DNA from: Nitrospira sp.
GTDB taxonomy: Bacteria; Nitrospirota; Nitrospiria; Nitrospirales; Nitrospiraceae
Length of the DNA stretch: 64,000 nt
Direction: 5' to 3'
Assembly (NCBI GenBank): GCA_047150005.1
Contig: AP038806.1
Coordinates: 3,168,001 to 3,232,000 of the forward strand
Below the pieces are notes generated by a model. That model did not search any database. It was not told the DNA's origin and was given only the letters and a program-made list of their open reading frames with translations. Every line of letters starts with the position of its first letter. The stretch's first letter is position 1. A program made the translations under genes and the position numbers. This document shows, in pieces, positions 9,681 to 18,708 of this stretch.

Positions 9681-11114
9681 ATGGCACAACTGATTCCTCT
9701 CGACTCATTCGGCCTCACCGAGCGCGAGGTCTGCGCGGCACTGGCCCGCGTGAAAGTGCGCGCCGTCGACTATGCCGATCTGTACTTCGAATCGTCCGTC
9801 ACCGAATCCGTGTCGATGGAGGAATCTCTGGTCAAGCGGGCCACGAAAAGCATCTGTCAGGGGGTCGGGGTGCGGGCGACCGCCGGTGAAAAGACGGGGT
9901 TCGCCTATTCCGACGAGTTGCAGAAACAGGATCTTGAGTTGGCGGCCGATACCGCCCGCTACATTGCGATGAGCCCCGGCGGGACCGACACCCTGCCGGT
10001 TCCGGTACATGCCAGGCCGCGCCACGATCTCTATCCGGTGCCTCAGACGGCGCTGGAGGTCGCGACGGCGGATCGGATTGCGCTGTTGAACGAAATCGAT
10101 GCCGAAGCCCGCAAGTATGATCCCCGTATCAAGAACGTCATGGCCTCGTTCAATACCGAATTCAAGATCGTCATGGTTGCGACATCGGAGGGAACGATCA
10201 TCGGGGACGTGCAGCCCTTATCACGTCTCCAAGTGACCTGCATCGCGGAGGAGAACGGCAATCGCCAGGTCGGATCCTTCGGAGGCGGAGGGCGCGTCGG
10301 GTTCCACTTCTATCGGGAAGGCGACCGCCATCTTGCCTATGCCAAGGAAGCGGCGCGAACCGCGATCCTGAACCTTTCGGCCGTGGAGGCCCCGGCGGGT
10401 GTCATGCCGGTGGTGTTGGGAGGAGGTTGGCCGGGCATTCTCCTGCACGAAGCCATCGGGCACGGGTTGGAGGCGGACTTCAATCGGAAGAAAACCTCGG
10501 CGTTTTCCAACCTCCTGGGCAAGCGCGTCGCATCCGACGTGTGCACGATCGTGGATGATGGTACTCTCCCGGGCCGTCGAGGCTCCCTCAATATGGACGA
10601 TGAAGGCACGCCGACCGGACGAACCATGCTGATCGAGCGGGGCATCCTTCGCGGCTACATTACCGACAAGCTCAATGCGCGGCTCATGGGTATTCCGCTG
10701 ACCGGCAACGGCCGCCGAGAGAGCTATCAAAGCGTGGTCTTGCCCCGCATGACCAATACCTTCATGCTGGCCGGTCAATCTGAGCCTCAAGACATCATCA
10801 GGTCGGTCAACAAGGGGCTCTATGCGGTGTCGTTCGGGGGAGGGCAGGTCGATATTACGAACGGCAAGTTCGTGTTTTCCGCCAGCGAGGCCTATTTGAT
10901 TGAGGACGGCAAAGTGACCAGGCCCGTCAAAGGTGCGACCTTGATCGGCAGCGGACCAGAGATTCTGACGAAGGTCTCGATGGTCGGTCACGACTTGAAA
11001 CTGGACGAAGGCATCGGAACGTGTGGAAAAGAAGGACAGTCCGTTCCCGTTGGCGTCGGACTTCCCACCATCAGAATCGACGAGATCACCGTCGGTGGAA
11101 CCCAGTCGGAATAG
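9681..11114 (+). CDS. tldD: Metalloprotease TldD
   Basis: HEAIGHGLE, GNGRRESY, PRMTNT, CGKEGQSVPVGVG. Confidence 0.95.
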   Translation: MAQLIPLDSFGLTEREVCAALARVKVRAVDYADLYFESSVTESVSMEESLVKRATKSICQGVGVRATAGEKTGFAYSDELQKQDLELAADTARYIAMSPGGTDTLPVPVHARPRHDLYPVPQTALEVATADRIALLNEIDAEARKYDPRIKNVMASFNTEFKIVMVATSEGTIIGDVQPLSRLQVTCIAEENGNRQVGSFGGGGRVGFHFYREGDRHLAYAKEAARTAILNLSAVEAPAGVMPVVLGGGWPGILLHEAIGHGLEADFNRKKTSAFSNLLGKRVASDVCTIVDDGTLPGRRGSLNMDDEGTPTGRTMLIERGILRGYITDKLNARLMGIPLTGNGRRESYQSVVLPRMTNTFMLAGQSEPQDIIRSVNKGLYAVSFGGGQVDITNGKFVFSASEAYLIEDGKVTRPVKGATLIGSGPEILTKVSMVGHDLKLDEGIGTCGKEGQSVPVGVGLPTIRIDEITVGGTQSE

Positions 11115-11117
11115 CGG

Positions 11118-12485
11118 ATGAACGGCGCCATCACCCCCACGGACGGCTATCGACAACTCGCCTCGGACGTGTTGGCCATGGCGAAACGCGGCGGAGCCAC
11201 AGAGGCCGACATCGTCATCGTCGACGGGGAAAACCTGTCCGTGCAAGTTCGGCTCGCCGCGGTAGATCGGCTGACCAAGGCCAGGGAGAAGCGCCTGGGA
11301 CTTCGCGTGTTCATGGGCAAGCGCTCGGCCAGTGCGTCGACCTCGGACTTTTCGCCCACCTCCCTTCATCAGTTGGCCGAGCAAACCTGTACGCTGGCTC
11401 GGGCGGTGGTGGAAGACCACGTGTCCGGTCTCCCCGCCGCCGAGGAGATGGCCGAGGAGCAGCCGGAACTCGATCTCCATGATTCGACCAGACTCGATAC
11501 GGACCGGCAGATCGAACTGGCCCGGCGGGCCGAATCCGCGGCGATGGCGGCGGACGAGCGGATCACCAATTCCGAGGGCGCCGATTTCGACTCGTCGTCC
11601 GGACGGATCGTTCTGGCGAACAGTCACGGCTTCATCGGCGAATATCGCAGCTCAAGCTTCTCGCTGTCCGTGTCTCCGATCGCGGTCGATCCCACGACCG
11701 GCGCGATGCAGCGGGATGCCTGGTACGGGGTACAAAGAAAATTCAGCAAGCTGGAGTCGCCGGAGGCGATCGGAACAGAAGCGGCGAGGCGGGCCGTTCG
11801 GCGGTTGGGAGCAAGAAAAGTGGGCACCAAACGGGTGCCGGTCGTCTTCGATCAGGAGATGGCCGCCAGCCTCATGGGAAATCTCTGCGGCGCCGTATCC
11901 GGCTATAGCCTCTACAAAGGGACGTCGTTTCTGATCGGTCAACTGGGCAAACCGTTGGCGCCCGAATATGTGACGATCTACGACGATGGACGTATGGTCG
12001 GGGGCCTCGGTTCGAGACCGTTCGACGGCGAGGGACTGGCTACGAGGAAGAATACGGTTGTGGAGAGGGGCAGGCTCGCCAGTTACTTGCTTGATGCCTA
12101 TTCCGGAAGAAAACTCGGATTGCCGTCGACGGGCAACGCCTCCCGCAGCGTGGGGGAGAGTCCGTCCGTCGGCCCCACGAACTTCTACCTGGCTCCGGGG
12201 AGCCGGAGCGCCGATGACATCATCGCCACGGTCAAGGACGGGCTCTATGTCACGGAGTTGATCGGCTTCGGCATCAACATGGTGACGGGCGACTATTCCC
12301 GCGGGGCGAGCGGCTTCTGGATCGAGAACGGTGAACTCGCGTATCCTGTCGAGGAAATCACCATCGCTGGCAATCTAAAGCACATGTTCCGAGATATCGA
12401 GATCGTGGGGAACGATCTGAGTTTTCGTGGCCGGATCGCCAGTCCGACGCTGAAGATTGCCGAGATGATGGTGGCCGGGAGTTAG
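11118..12485 (+). CDS. pmbA: TldE/PmbA family protein
   Basis: SRPFDGEG, STGNA, TGDYSRGASGFWIENGE; adjacent to tldD. Confidence 0.92.
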   Translation: MNGAITPTDGYRQLASDVLAMAKRGGATEADIVIVDGENLSVQVRLAAVDRLTKAREKRLGLRVFMGKRSASASTSDFSPTSLHQLAEQTCTLARAVVEDHVSGLPAAEEMAEEQPELDLHDSTRLDTDRQIELARRAESAAMAADERITNSEGADFDSSSGRIVLANSHGFIGEYRSSSFSLSVSPIAVDPTTGAMQRDAWYGVQRKFSKLESPEAIGTEAARRAVRRLGARKVGTKRVPVVFDQEMAASLMGNLCGAVSGYSLYKGTSFLIGQLGKPLAPEYVTIYDDGRMVGGLGSRPFDGEGLATRKNTVVERGRLASYLLDAYSGRKLGLPSTGNASRSVGESPSVGPTNFYLAPGSRSADDIIATVKDGLYVTELIGFGINMVTGDYSRGASGFWIENGELAYPVEEITIAGNLKHMFRDIEIVGNDLSFRGRIASPTLKIAEMMVAGS

Positions 12486-12523
12486 CGAGAGCCGTTGATG
12501 AACATTGAGATCTCAAAGGCTCC

Positions 12524-13075
12524 ATGATTCGACAAACCTCTCTCGTCTGGAAGGCCATGGCGCTCGCGGTCTCCATCGTATCCGGAAGCGCCATGGCACA
12601 TGCGGAGGGAACCATGCGTCTTACCTCGACGGCATTCACCCACCAGGGTTCAATTCCGACCGTCTACACTTGTGAAGGGAAGGACATCTCGCCGCCGCTG
12701 GCTTGGACCGATGTTCCGGCTGGCGCCAAGAGCCTCGCCCTCATCGTGGACGATCCGGACGCTCCGGATCCGGCTGCGCCGACACTGACGTGGGTGCATT
12801 GGGTTCTCTACAATCTGCCGGCAGCGAACGGCGGACTTTCAGAGGGTAGCAAGACGTTGCCCGAAGGAACGAAAGAAGGAGTGAACGACTGGAACCGGAC
12901 CGGCTACGGTGGGCCCTGTCCGCCGATCGGCCGTCACCGCTATTTCCATAAACTCTACGCGCTTGATGCCGTACTTCCGGACTTGAAGCAGCCGACCAAG
13001 GCCAAATTAGAAGGGGCCATGAAGGGCCATGTCATCGGCGAAGCGCAGTTAATGGGCACCTATCAAAAAGGTTGA
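12524..13075 (+). CDS. YbhB/YbcL (PEBP/RKIP-like) exported protein
   Basis: DPDAP, WVHW, YGGPCPP, HRY; signal-peptide-like N-terminus. Confidence 0.9.
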   Translation: MIRQTSLVWKAMALAVSIVSGSAMAHAEGTMRLTSTAFTHQGSIPTVYTCEGKDISPPLAWTDVPAGAKSLALIVDDPDAPDPAAPTLTWVHWVLYNLPAANGGLSEGSKTLPEGTKEGVNDWNRTGYGGPCPPIGRHRYFHKLYALDAVLPDLKQPTKAKLEGAMKGHVIGEAQLMGTYQKG

Positions 13076-13099
13076 TGAGGATCGGAAGGAGAGGAACGG

Positions 13100-13663
13100 A
13101 TGCGACATGCATGGAGCGTGATTCTCTTCACGCTGACTGTGCTGCCTGGCGTCAGCAGCGCAGCAGATTTTCAGCTCGCCAGCCCGACGGTCAAGAACAA
13201 GACGACAATCGGTAACGAGCACGTATTCAACGGCTTCGGCTGCACCGGCGGGAACGTCTCACCGGAGTTGCGCTGGTCGAGTGCGCCGAAGGGCACGAAG
13301 AGTTTTGCCGTGACGGTCTACGATCCCGATGCGCCGACAGGCAGCGGCTGGTGGCATTGGCTGATCTTCAATATTCCTCCGAGCGTGACGTCGTTGGCCG
13401 CCGGCGTTGGGAAATCGGACGGCAGCGCGGCGCCGCAGGGCAGCATTCAGAGCGTGACGGATTTCGGGCAGCCCGGCTATGGCGGGCCTTGTCCGCCACC
13501 GGGCGACAAACCCCATCGCTACATCTTTACGGTGTTTGCGTTGAAGGTGGATCAGTTGCCGTTGAAGCCTGAGGCTTCCGGCGCGATGGTGGGTTATTTT
13601 CTGAACCAGAACACACTCGCAAAGGCCTCATTCACGGGGATGTACGGCCGCAAGAAAGAATAG
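13100..13663 (+). CDS. YbhB/YbcL (PEBP/RKIP-like) exported protein
   Basis: YDPDAPTGSGWWHW, YGGPCPPPGDKPHRY; signal peptide; strong RBS. Confidence 0.9.
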   Translation: MRHAWSVILFTLTVLPGVSSAADFQLASPTVKNKTTIGNEHVFNGFGCTGGNVSPELRWSSAPKGTKSFAVTVYDPDAPTGSGWWHWLIFNIPPSVTSLAAGVGKSDGSAAPQGSIQSVTDFGQPGYGGPCPPPGDKPHRYIFTVFALKVDQLPLKPEASGAMVGYFLNQNTLAKASFTGMYGRKKE

Positions 13664-13674
13664 GACACACGGCC

Positions 13675-14142
13675 ATGCCGCTCGATGCCGAACTCGGGAA
13701 GAAAATGTTGCAGCTGGTCACGTCACGCTACGACGACCGGCATTGGCGAAAGAAGATCGAAAAAACCTTGAGCCTGCCGCAGTCGGGCGTGAGCGAGCCG
13801 ACGCAGCAGCAGATTTTCATGTATCTGAAAGTGAGCCTCAAAGCCTACAAGTCCCGTCGTGCCGACCCGGATTCCTGGGTTATCGGCGGCTTTGCCACGA
13901 AGGAAGTGATCGATCGGGCCAAGTTTCAACCGCACCTCGTTGATTCTGCCGTCACCAAAGACGATGTCTCATTTCTCGGCAACGATCCAGGCCCTGAAGT
14001 CGATGAGGCTTGGTGGGAGGAGATGCTCGTTCAGTGGTTCGACGTGCCGGAGGAAGAGAAGCCGACTGAGGGTGAGGGCGAAGCGCAGGCGGCCGAATCG
14101 ACCTCAGCCAGCGTGCCGGAAGGGAAGTCGGCCAAAACGTAA
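13675..14142 (+). CDS. Hypothetical protein
   Basis: 155-aa ORF with coding-like codon use, 11 nt after the previous stop; no family recognised. Confidence 0.7.
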   Translation: MPLDAELGKKMLQLVTSRYDDRHWRKKIEKTLSLPQSGVSEPTQQQIFMYLKVSLKAYKSRRADPDSWVIGGFATKEVIDRAKFQPHLVDSAVTKDDVSFLGNDPGPEVDEAWWEEMLVQWFDVPEEEKPTEGEGEAQAAESTSASVPEGKSAKT

Positions 14143-14214
14143 AGTACGTCCGATCAGGACTGCACGTCGTCGAAGACACCTGCTGGGCCACCCGACTCAG
14201 CCTCGCTCACTCAA

Positions 14215-14699
14215 ACCTGTAAACTCGCCAAGCCTCCAGTTATGCGCCCGCGCTGCTTTCGCTCTGCTAGGGCCTGCTGGCTCGCCGTGACGTTCAGCTG
14301 CGCTTGACCCAGAAACTCGTTCCCTTCAGACCAATGGTCGAACGGAACGTCGAACATCTGTGTCACCTGCTGGAAGCAGGTCGCACAGCTTTACTACGGC
14401 GAGACACAGCAGGGCCCTAACGCACGCGCCAGCATCTGCGGGCGCCGTCTATGAAAGATGTCTGCAAGCTCGGTAGGACCAATATGTCTGCTCGATCCAG
14501 CTTGTTGGGCTCCGGCCCATCTAGTGATTAGCGGCAATAGTCCGGACTAAGCGCTGATGGGTCTTGAATGGTAAGCGCTGTTACCCGCTGGAGCAGGTTG
14601 CGAGATTGTGCTACTGCAAGGAACGCAAAGCGCTGAAGCACGCGTCAGCAGCGCGGGTTCTGTAGGGAAGGGGTGGTGGTCGGCAGTTTGGATTGCAGG
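14215..14699 (+). ncRNA. Candidate large structured non-coding element (ncRNA or decayed palindromic repeats)
   Basis: No credible ORF. Nested stems: 14247-14257/14647-14657 (11 bp perfect), 14268-14289/14395-14419 (22 bp), hairpins 14318-14349, 14358-14388, 14516-14561. Wobbles read as G-U on the + strand. Confidence 0.45.
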
Positions 14700-14887
14700 C
14701 TGATCAAAATGACCGTCCAGCGAGGCCGCAGCGAGCGAGGTGGCGAGGAGGTACATACCAAGCTTCGCTTGACCCGCTCGCTTCGATCATAATGCGAGCG
14801 GATAAGTACCGTCCCTCATGTCGTCTCCGTACGTTGAGCCTCTAAGCGAAGCGAGAACAAAGCCGGCGGTCTTTTTCAGCAGCCTGC
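14695..14887. repeat. MITE-like palindromic intergenic element (~193 bp)
   Basis: Terminal inverted repeats 14695-14715 and 14867-14887 match 18/21; internal hairpin CCGCTCGC/GCGAGCGG (14774-14801). Resembles repeats I recall from Nitrospira genomes. Confidence 0.65.
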
Positions 14888-15528
14888 TAGCCGAACAGAT
14901 CCATCTGGGCAGGCTGTGGCGGTTCGATGTCGAGTGTCGGGGCGGTTGGTTGAGGGGATTCGGATGGGACCGCTTGCGCGTGCCGGTCGAGGAATTCCTT
15001 GAGCTTCTTGAAATCTTCTTTCAGGGTTTCGAGCAGATTGCCCTGGTGCAGTGCTGCGGCCGGATGCAACAGCGGGAAGATGACGAAATCCTTCATATAG
15101 AAGGCCTGGGCCTTCACCTTCGTGATGCCGACCTTTCTTTCAAGAAGAGTCTGGGTTGCCCAGTTTCCAAGCGTACAGACCAACTTCGGGCGGATCATTT
15201 GAATCTGCTGCATCAAGAACGGCTTGCAGGTCTCGACTTCGTCCGGCTCGGGATCGCGGTTGTTCGGGGGCCGGCACTTGATCACATTGGCGATGTAGAT
15301 TTGATCGCGGGACAGATTGGCGGATTGCAGGAGGTCGTTTAAAAGTTTTCCCGCCGCGCCGACAAACGGCTCCCCCTTTTGATCCTCGTTGAATCCCGGG
15401 GCTTCACCGACGAACATGACGCTGGCGTGCGGATTTCCCACGCCGAAGACTACTTGTGACCGGCCCAGCTTCGCAAGCTTGCATTGCTGGCAGTTGTGAA
15501 GGGATTTGGCGAGCTCGGGCAGTGTCAT
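14887..15528 (-). CDS. udg: Uracil-DNA glycosylase, family 4 (Fe-S)
   Basis: CQQC, GEAPG, GEPFVG, KCRPPNNRDP, HPAA. Confidence 0.93.
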   Translation of the reverse strand: MTLPELAKSLHNCQQCKLAKLGRSQVVFGVGNPHASVMFVGEAPGFNEDQKGEPFVGAAGKLLNDLLQSANLSRDQIYIANVIKCRPPNNRDPEPDEVETCKPFLMQQIQMIRPKLVCTLGNWATQTLLERKVGITKVKAQAFYMKDFVIFPLLHPAAALHQGNLLETLKEDFKKLKEFLDRHAQAVPSESPQPTAPTLDIEPPQPAQMDLFG

Positions 15529-15558
15529 GCTTCTCAGCTGGAAAAGAAAAGCGATGGC

Positions 15559-15587
15559 ATACTAGGAGGCGGCAGACGGATTGTCAA
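15559..15587 (-). promoter_or_regulatory. Sigma70-type promoter for udg
   Basis: TTGACA, 17 nt, TAGTAT on the minus strand; the -35 box overlaps the hpnE stop codon. Confidence 0.55.
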
Positions 15588-16900
15588 TAAGCCGGGAGTG
15601 GCTTGCCTGAAATGATTGCAGCACAACGTTCAGCGCTCAGGATCGCGCTCTCAAGATTCGCCGGCCAGCCTGTATCGGTCCAAGCTCCCGCGACCAGCAG
15701 ATTGGGGATGGGGCTGGTTTGGATGGGACGGCGCACTTTGGTTCCCGGCGCAAGCGACAACGCCGAATCGCCGACTTCGTCGTTCCCGATTGTCGAGACG
15801 GCGGTGGACGGCTGGAGCAGCCCCGCGGTTTTGAGGAGATCCGAGGCTTGTTCTCCCGCGTCTGCAAGCCGGCTCTGACCATCGGCCTTGACCAGAGTGA
15901 AGAGACTCTGTCCGTCCTCCCGAGCGTGAGCCTGTAGCCGTTGGAACGGTCCTTCGCTCAACAGCATGAGCCGGGGGGCGCGTGGGACCTGTTGAGCGGC
16001 AAGGCGGACGATTCTGCGGGAGACAGGGGTCAATTCGCTGAGCTGTTGGAAATAGGCGAAGCGCGTCAGCCAGCGTTCGGGCAGGAGGGCGGTGAGGTGA
16101 CGGTAGGAGAGGGCGGACACATACCAGTCGGCTTCTAGCACCGTGCCGTCCCGGAGCCGAATCCCCGTCACCTGTTCCTGGCGACAGAGTAGTTGGGTGG
16201 CGTGTGTCTCCGGCCGCAAGGTTGCTCCCGCCCGGCGCAGGCGGTCGAGGACCGGTTGGACGAAAAAGGCGTCGGGCGATTGCAGCGGGATCATGATTCG
16301 GCTGTCGGACGATCGCCGCAGAAAAACCGGAGCCAAAGCGCCAGCCAGCGCATCGGCGGACAGCATCCGCAGATCACCGCCGGTAAGCCATTGAGCGAGC
16401 GGATTCCAAATGGCTTGTTGAAGCGAGGCATCGTGGCCGAGGGACGTCAGCCATTCCTGCGCGGTCCGATGTTCGAGGTCCGTTCCCAGTTCGGACGACC
16501 CTTCCCAGAGCTCCTCCAGCCAGGAGAGCAGTCGCCAGCGCGCGGACCAGGAGAGTCCGGCAAAGCGTCCGATGGTGAACAGGCTATGCAACGGAGTGGG
16601 GAATCGGCTGTATGGATATTTCACGATGCGCCCGCCGGGCAGGCGGAATTCGAGGCCGGTTTGTTGAAATTCCGGTGATCGGGGAGGAGACCCCAACGCC
16701 GTCAACAGTCGCCAGGTGGCATGGTGGCATCCGAGGAGAGTCGGCGGCGGCTGCCGTTCGTCGCCGAACCCGCCTCCCAGCCTCGTGGCCTGGTCGAGCA
16801 ACATGACTCGAAGACCCTGTTCAGCCAGATAGTACGCTGCGGCGAGCCCGGCGGGTCCGCCGCCGAGGACGAGTACGGTCTGAGCGCCCGTAGCGGTCAC
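15584..16900 (-). CDS. hpnE: Squalene-associated FAD-dependent oxidoreductase (hydroxysqualene dehydroxylase-like)
   Basis: GGGPAGLAAA FAD motif, C-terminal AGAWTDTGWPANLESA; coupled to hpnD. Confidence 0.8.
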   Translation of the reverse strand: MTATGAQTVLVLGGGPAGLAAAYYLAEQGLRVMLLDQATRLGGGFGDERQPPPTLLGCHHATWRLLTALGSPPRSPEFQQTGLEFRLPGGRIVKYPYSRFPTPLHSLFTIGRFAGLSWSARWRLLSWLEELWEGSSELGTDLEHRTAQEWLTSLGHDASLQQAIWNPLAQWLTGGDLRMLSADALAGALAPVFLRRSSDSRIMIPLQSPDAFFVQPVLDRLRRAGATLRPETHATQLLCRQEQVTGIRLRDGTVLEADWYVSALSYRHLTALLPERWLTRFAYFQQLSELTPVSRRIVRLAAQQVPRAPRLMLLSEGPFQRLQAHAREDGQSLFTLVKADGQSRLADAGEQASDLLKTAGLLQPSTAVSTIGNDEVGDSALSLAPGTKVRRPIQTSPIPNLLVAGAWTDTGWPANLESAILSAERCAAIISGKPLPAY

Positions 16901-17763
16901 GAGAGTCGGCTGCGAAGCCAGACGCCGGCCGCCAACCGCAGGCGCTCCGAGGTGGTGAGTCTGACTCGAGGACCGAAGACGACGTGGTCCCCTTGCTCGA
17001 TGCGTCGGAGAATCTCGGAATAAATGGCGCGCATGATTTCCGCGACGGTCAATGCGCGGCGATCCGAGGACGGCAAACCGTCCAGTGATGCTTGCGCCTT
17101 TGCGTAATAGCGGCGCGCGCGGGCTGCTTCGAAGTCCACGAGATCGCGGAGCTTCGCGGTGGGCTTGCGCCCCAGGATATCGGCTTCCGTATGGCCGAAA
17201 CGGGCAAGATCCTCCTGTGGCAGGTAGATACGGCCTTGCTCGGCGTCCGTGCTCAAATCACGCAAAATATTCGTGAGCTGAAATGCCATGCCGAGATCGA
17301 CCGCATAGTCCTGAGCATGCGGCGAGGTCGGTCCGAACACGTGCAGGCATATCAGGCCGACCACCGACGCGACCCGATAACAATAGAGCGACAGCTCGTC
17401 AAAGGTGGCGTAGCGTGTCGTACTCAGATCCATCTCCACGCCCTTGATGAGTTCTTCGAAGTACGCCTTGGGGATCGACAGCTGCCCGACATGATGCGCC
17501 AGGCTGATCATCAGCGGCCAGGTCGGGGCCCCCTCATAGGCCGCGTCGAGCTCGGCCCTCCAACGACGCAGTTCCTCCTTGGGATCGCTGCCGGCCGGAG
17601 GTTCGTCGACCGCGCTGTCGACACCTTTGCAGAACGCGTAAATCGTATACATCGCGTTGCGCCGGGTCTTAGGAAGGAAGAGAAAGGAGTAATAGAAGTT
17701 GCTCCCGCTGTTCTTCGTCAGCTCGGTACAGAACGCCTGAGCTTCTTTGGCCGTCATCGTCAT
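16897..17763 (-). CDS. hpnD: Presqualene diphosphate synthase (squalene/phytoene synthase family)
   Basis: SGSNFYYSF, YCYRVASVVG, FQLTNILRD, GRIYLP. ATG 17763 overlaps the upstream stop (ATGA). Confidence 0.85.
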   Translation of the reverse strand: MTMTAKEAQAFCTELTKNSGSNFYYSFLFLPKTRRNAMYTIYAFCKGVDSAVDEPPAGSDPKEELRRWRAELDAAYEGAPTWPLMISLAHHVGQLSIPKAYFEELIKGVEMDLSTTRYATFDELSLYCYRVASVVGLICLHVFGPTSPHAQDYAVDLGMAFQLTNILRDLSTDAEQGRIYLPQEDLARFGHTEADILGRKPTAKLRDLVDFEAARARRYYAKAQASLDGLPSSDRRALTVAEIMRAIYSEILRRIEQGDHVVFGPRVRLTTSERLRLAAGVWLRSRLS

Positions 17764-18695
17764 AGAGATGAGGTGGAAAGCGGAACAGAGCGTGGTACGA
17801 CTCGAACCATCATATCGTCCAGCTTCGCAGCGGACGCGTTCGTGAAAAGGGCCGCCAGCAATTCGACTCCGTCCACCAGCCGGGGGCCCGGTCGGCTGAA
17901 ATAGGACGCGGCATCCACGACGAAGGTCAGCGGCCAGGAGGCGAGTGCGGAGGACCATTGCCGGTCCGTATGCTGCAACGCAGCAAGTTCGCTCCATGCT
18001 CGCTCGACGGAAAAACCGCAGGGCATCAAGATCACGATGTCCGGTCGGACCGACTCGACCTGTTCCCACGTCACGGGTCGTGACGGGTGATGGATCTGGC
18101 CGAGCACGTCCAGGCCTCCTGCCAGTTCGACCATTTCCGGAACCCAGTGGCCCCCTACATACAACGGAGACAACCATTCCAAGCAGGCGACTCGAGGTTT
18201 TCGGATTCGGTGCCCGCTCCGAACAAGCGCGAGACGTGCGCGGAGCGACTCGGCGAGTTGCTTACCTTCCGACACCCGGTCGATGGCCAGGCCGATCCGT
18301 TCGACGTCCGAGATGACGTCTTCGAGCGTCGTCGGATTGAGCGTTACCCAGGTCGGTGGGGCGGGCAGGGAGTCAACGACCCGCGTCAGCTGATCGGACG
18401 TGACCGCACACACATGACACAGGTCTTGGGTCAGGACCACGTCCGGCTCAGAGGCGACGAATGCGCGCTCGTTCAGGCGGTAGAGAGGCCGGCTGGACGA
18501 CACCAGTGTCCTGACCTCGCGGTCGATGGTCGCGCTGCAGGCAGAGGCGGTCTCGATGCAAGGCTCCACCAGCACGGCGGCATGGCGCACGGAGAGGGGG
18601 AAGTCGCACTCGTGGCTGATGCCGACAAGCCGGCTCGCCTGGCCGAGTGCGGCGACGACTTCTGTTGCTCCTGGGACCAGCGAGCAGATTCTCAT
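17760..18695 (-). CDS. Cobalamin/Fe-siderophore-binding protein (BtuF-like fold), no signal peptide
   Basis: RICSLVPGATE, GISHECDFP, GHWVPEMVELAGG, FSRPGPRL. Start at ATG 18695. Confidence 0.8.
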   Translation of the reverse strand: MRICSLVPGATEVVAALGQASRLVGISHECDFPLSVRHAAVLVEPCIETASACSATIDREVRTLVSSSRPLYRLNERAFVASEPDVVLTQDLCHVCAVTSDQLTRVVDSLPAPPTWVTLNPTTLEDVISDVERIGLAIDRVSEGKQLAESLRARLALVRSGHRIRKPRVACLEWLSPLYVGGHWVPEMVELAGGLDVLGQIHHPSRPVTWEQVESVRPDIVILMPCGFSVERAWSELAALQHTDRQWSSALASWPLTFVVDAASYFSRPGPRLVDGVELLAALFTNASAAKLDDMMVRVVPRSVPLSTSSL

Positions 18696-18708
18696 TCTGT
18701 GGCCGTCC

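Noticed and set aside
14635..14673. GGTTCTGTAGGGAAGGGG resembling the 3' side of group II intron domain V
   Set aside because: No canonical ~34-nt DV stem with catalytic triad and GNRA loop, and no RT ORF.
14547..14756. 69-aa minus-strand ORF
   Set aside because: Starts inside the MITE-like repeat and resembles no protein family I recognise.
17764..18177. Extended N-terminus of the hpnD ORF
   Set aside because: Overlaps the BtuF-like gene in another frame; the ATGA coupling at 17760-17763 gives the better start.
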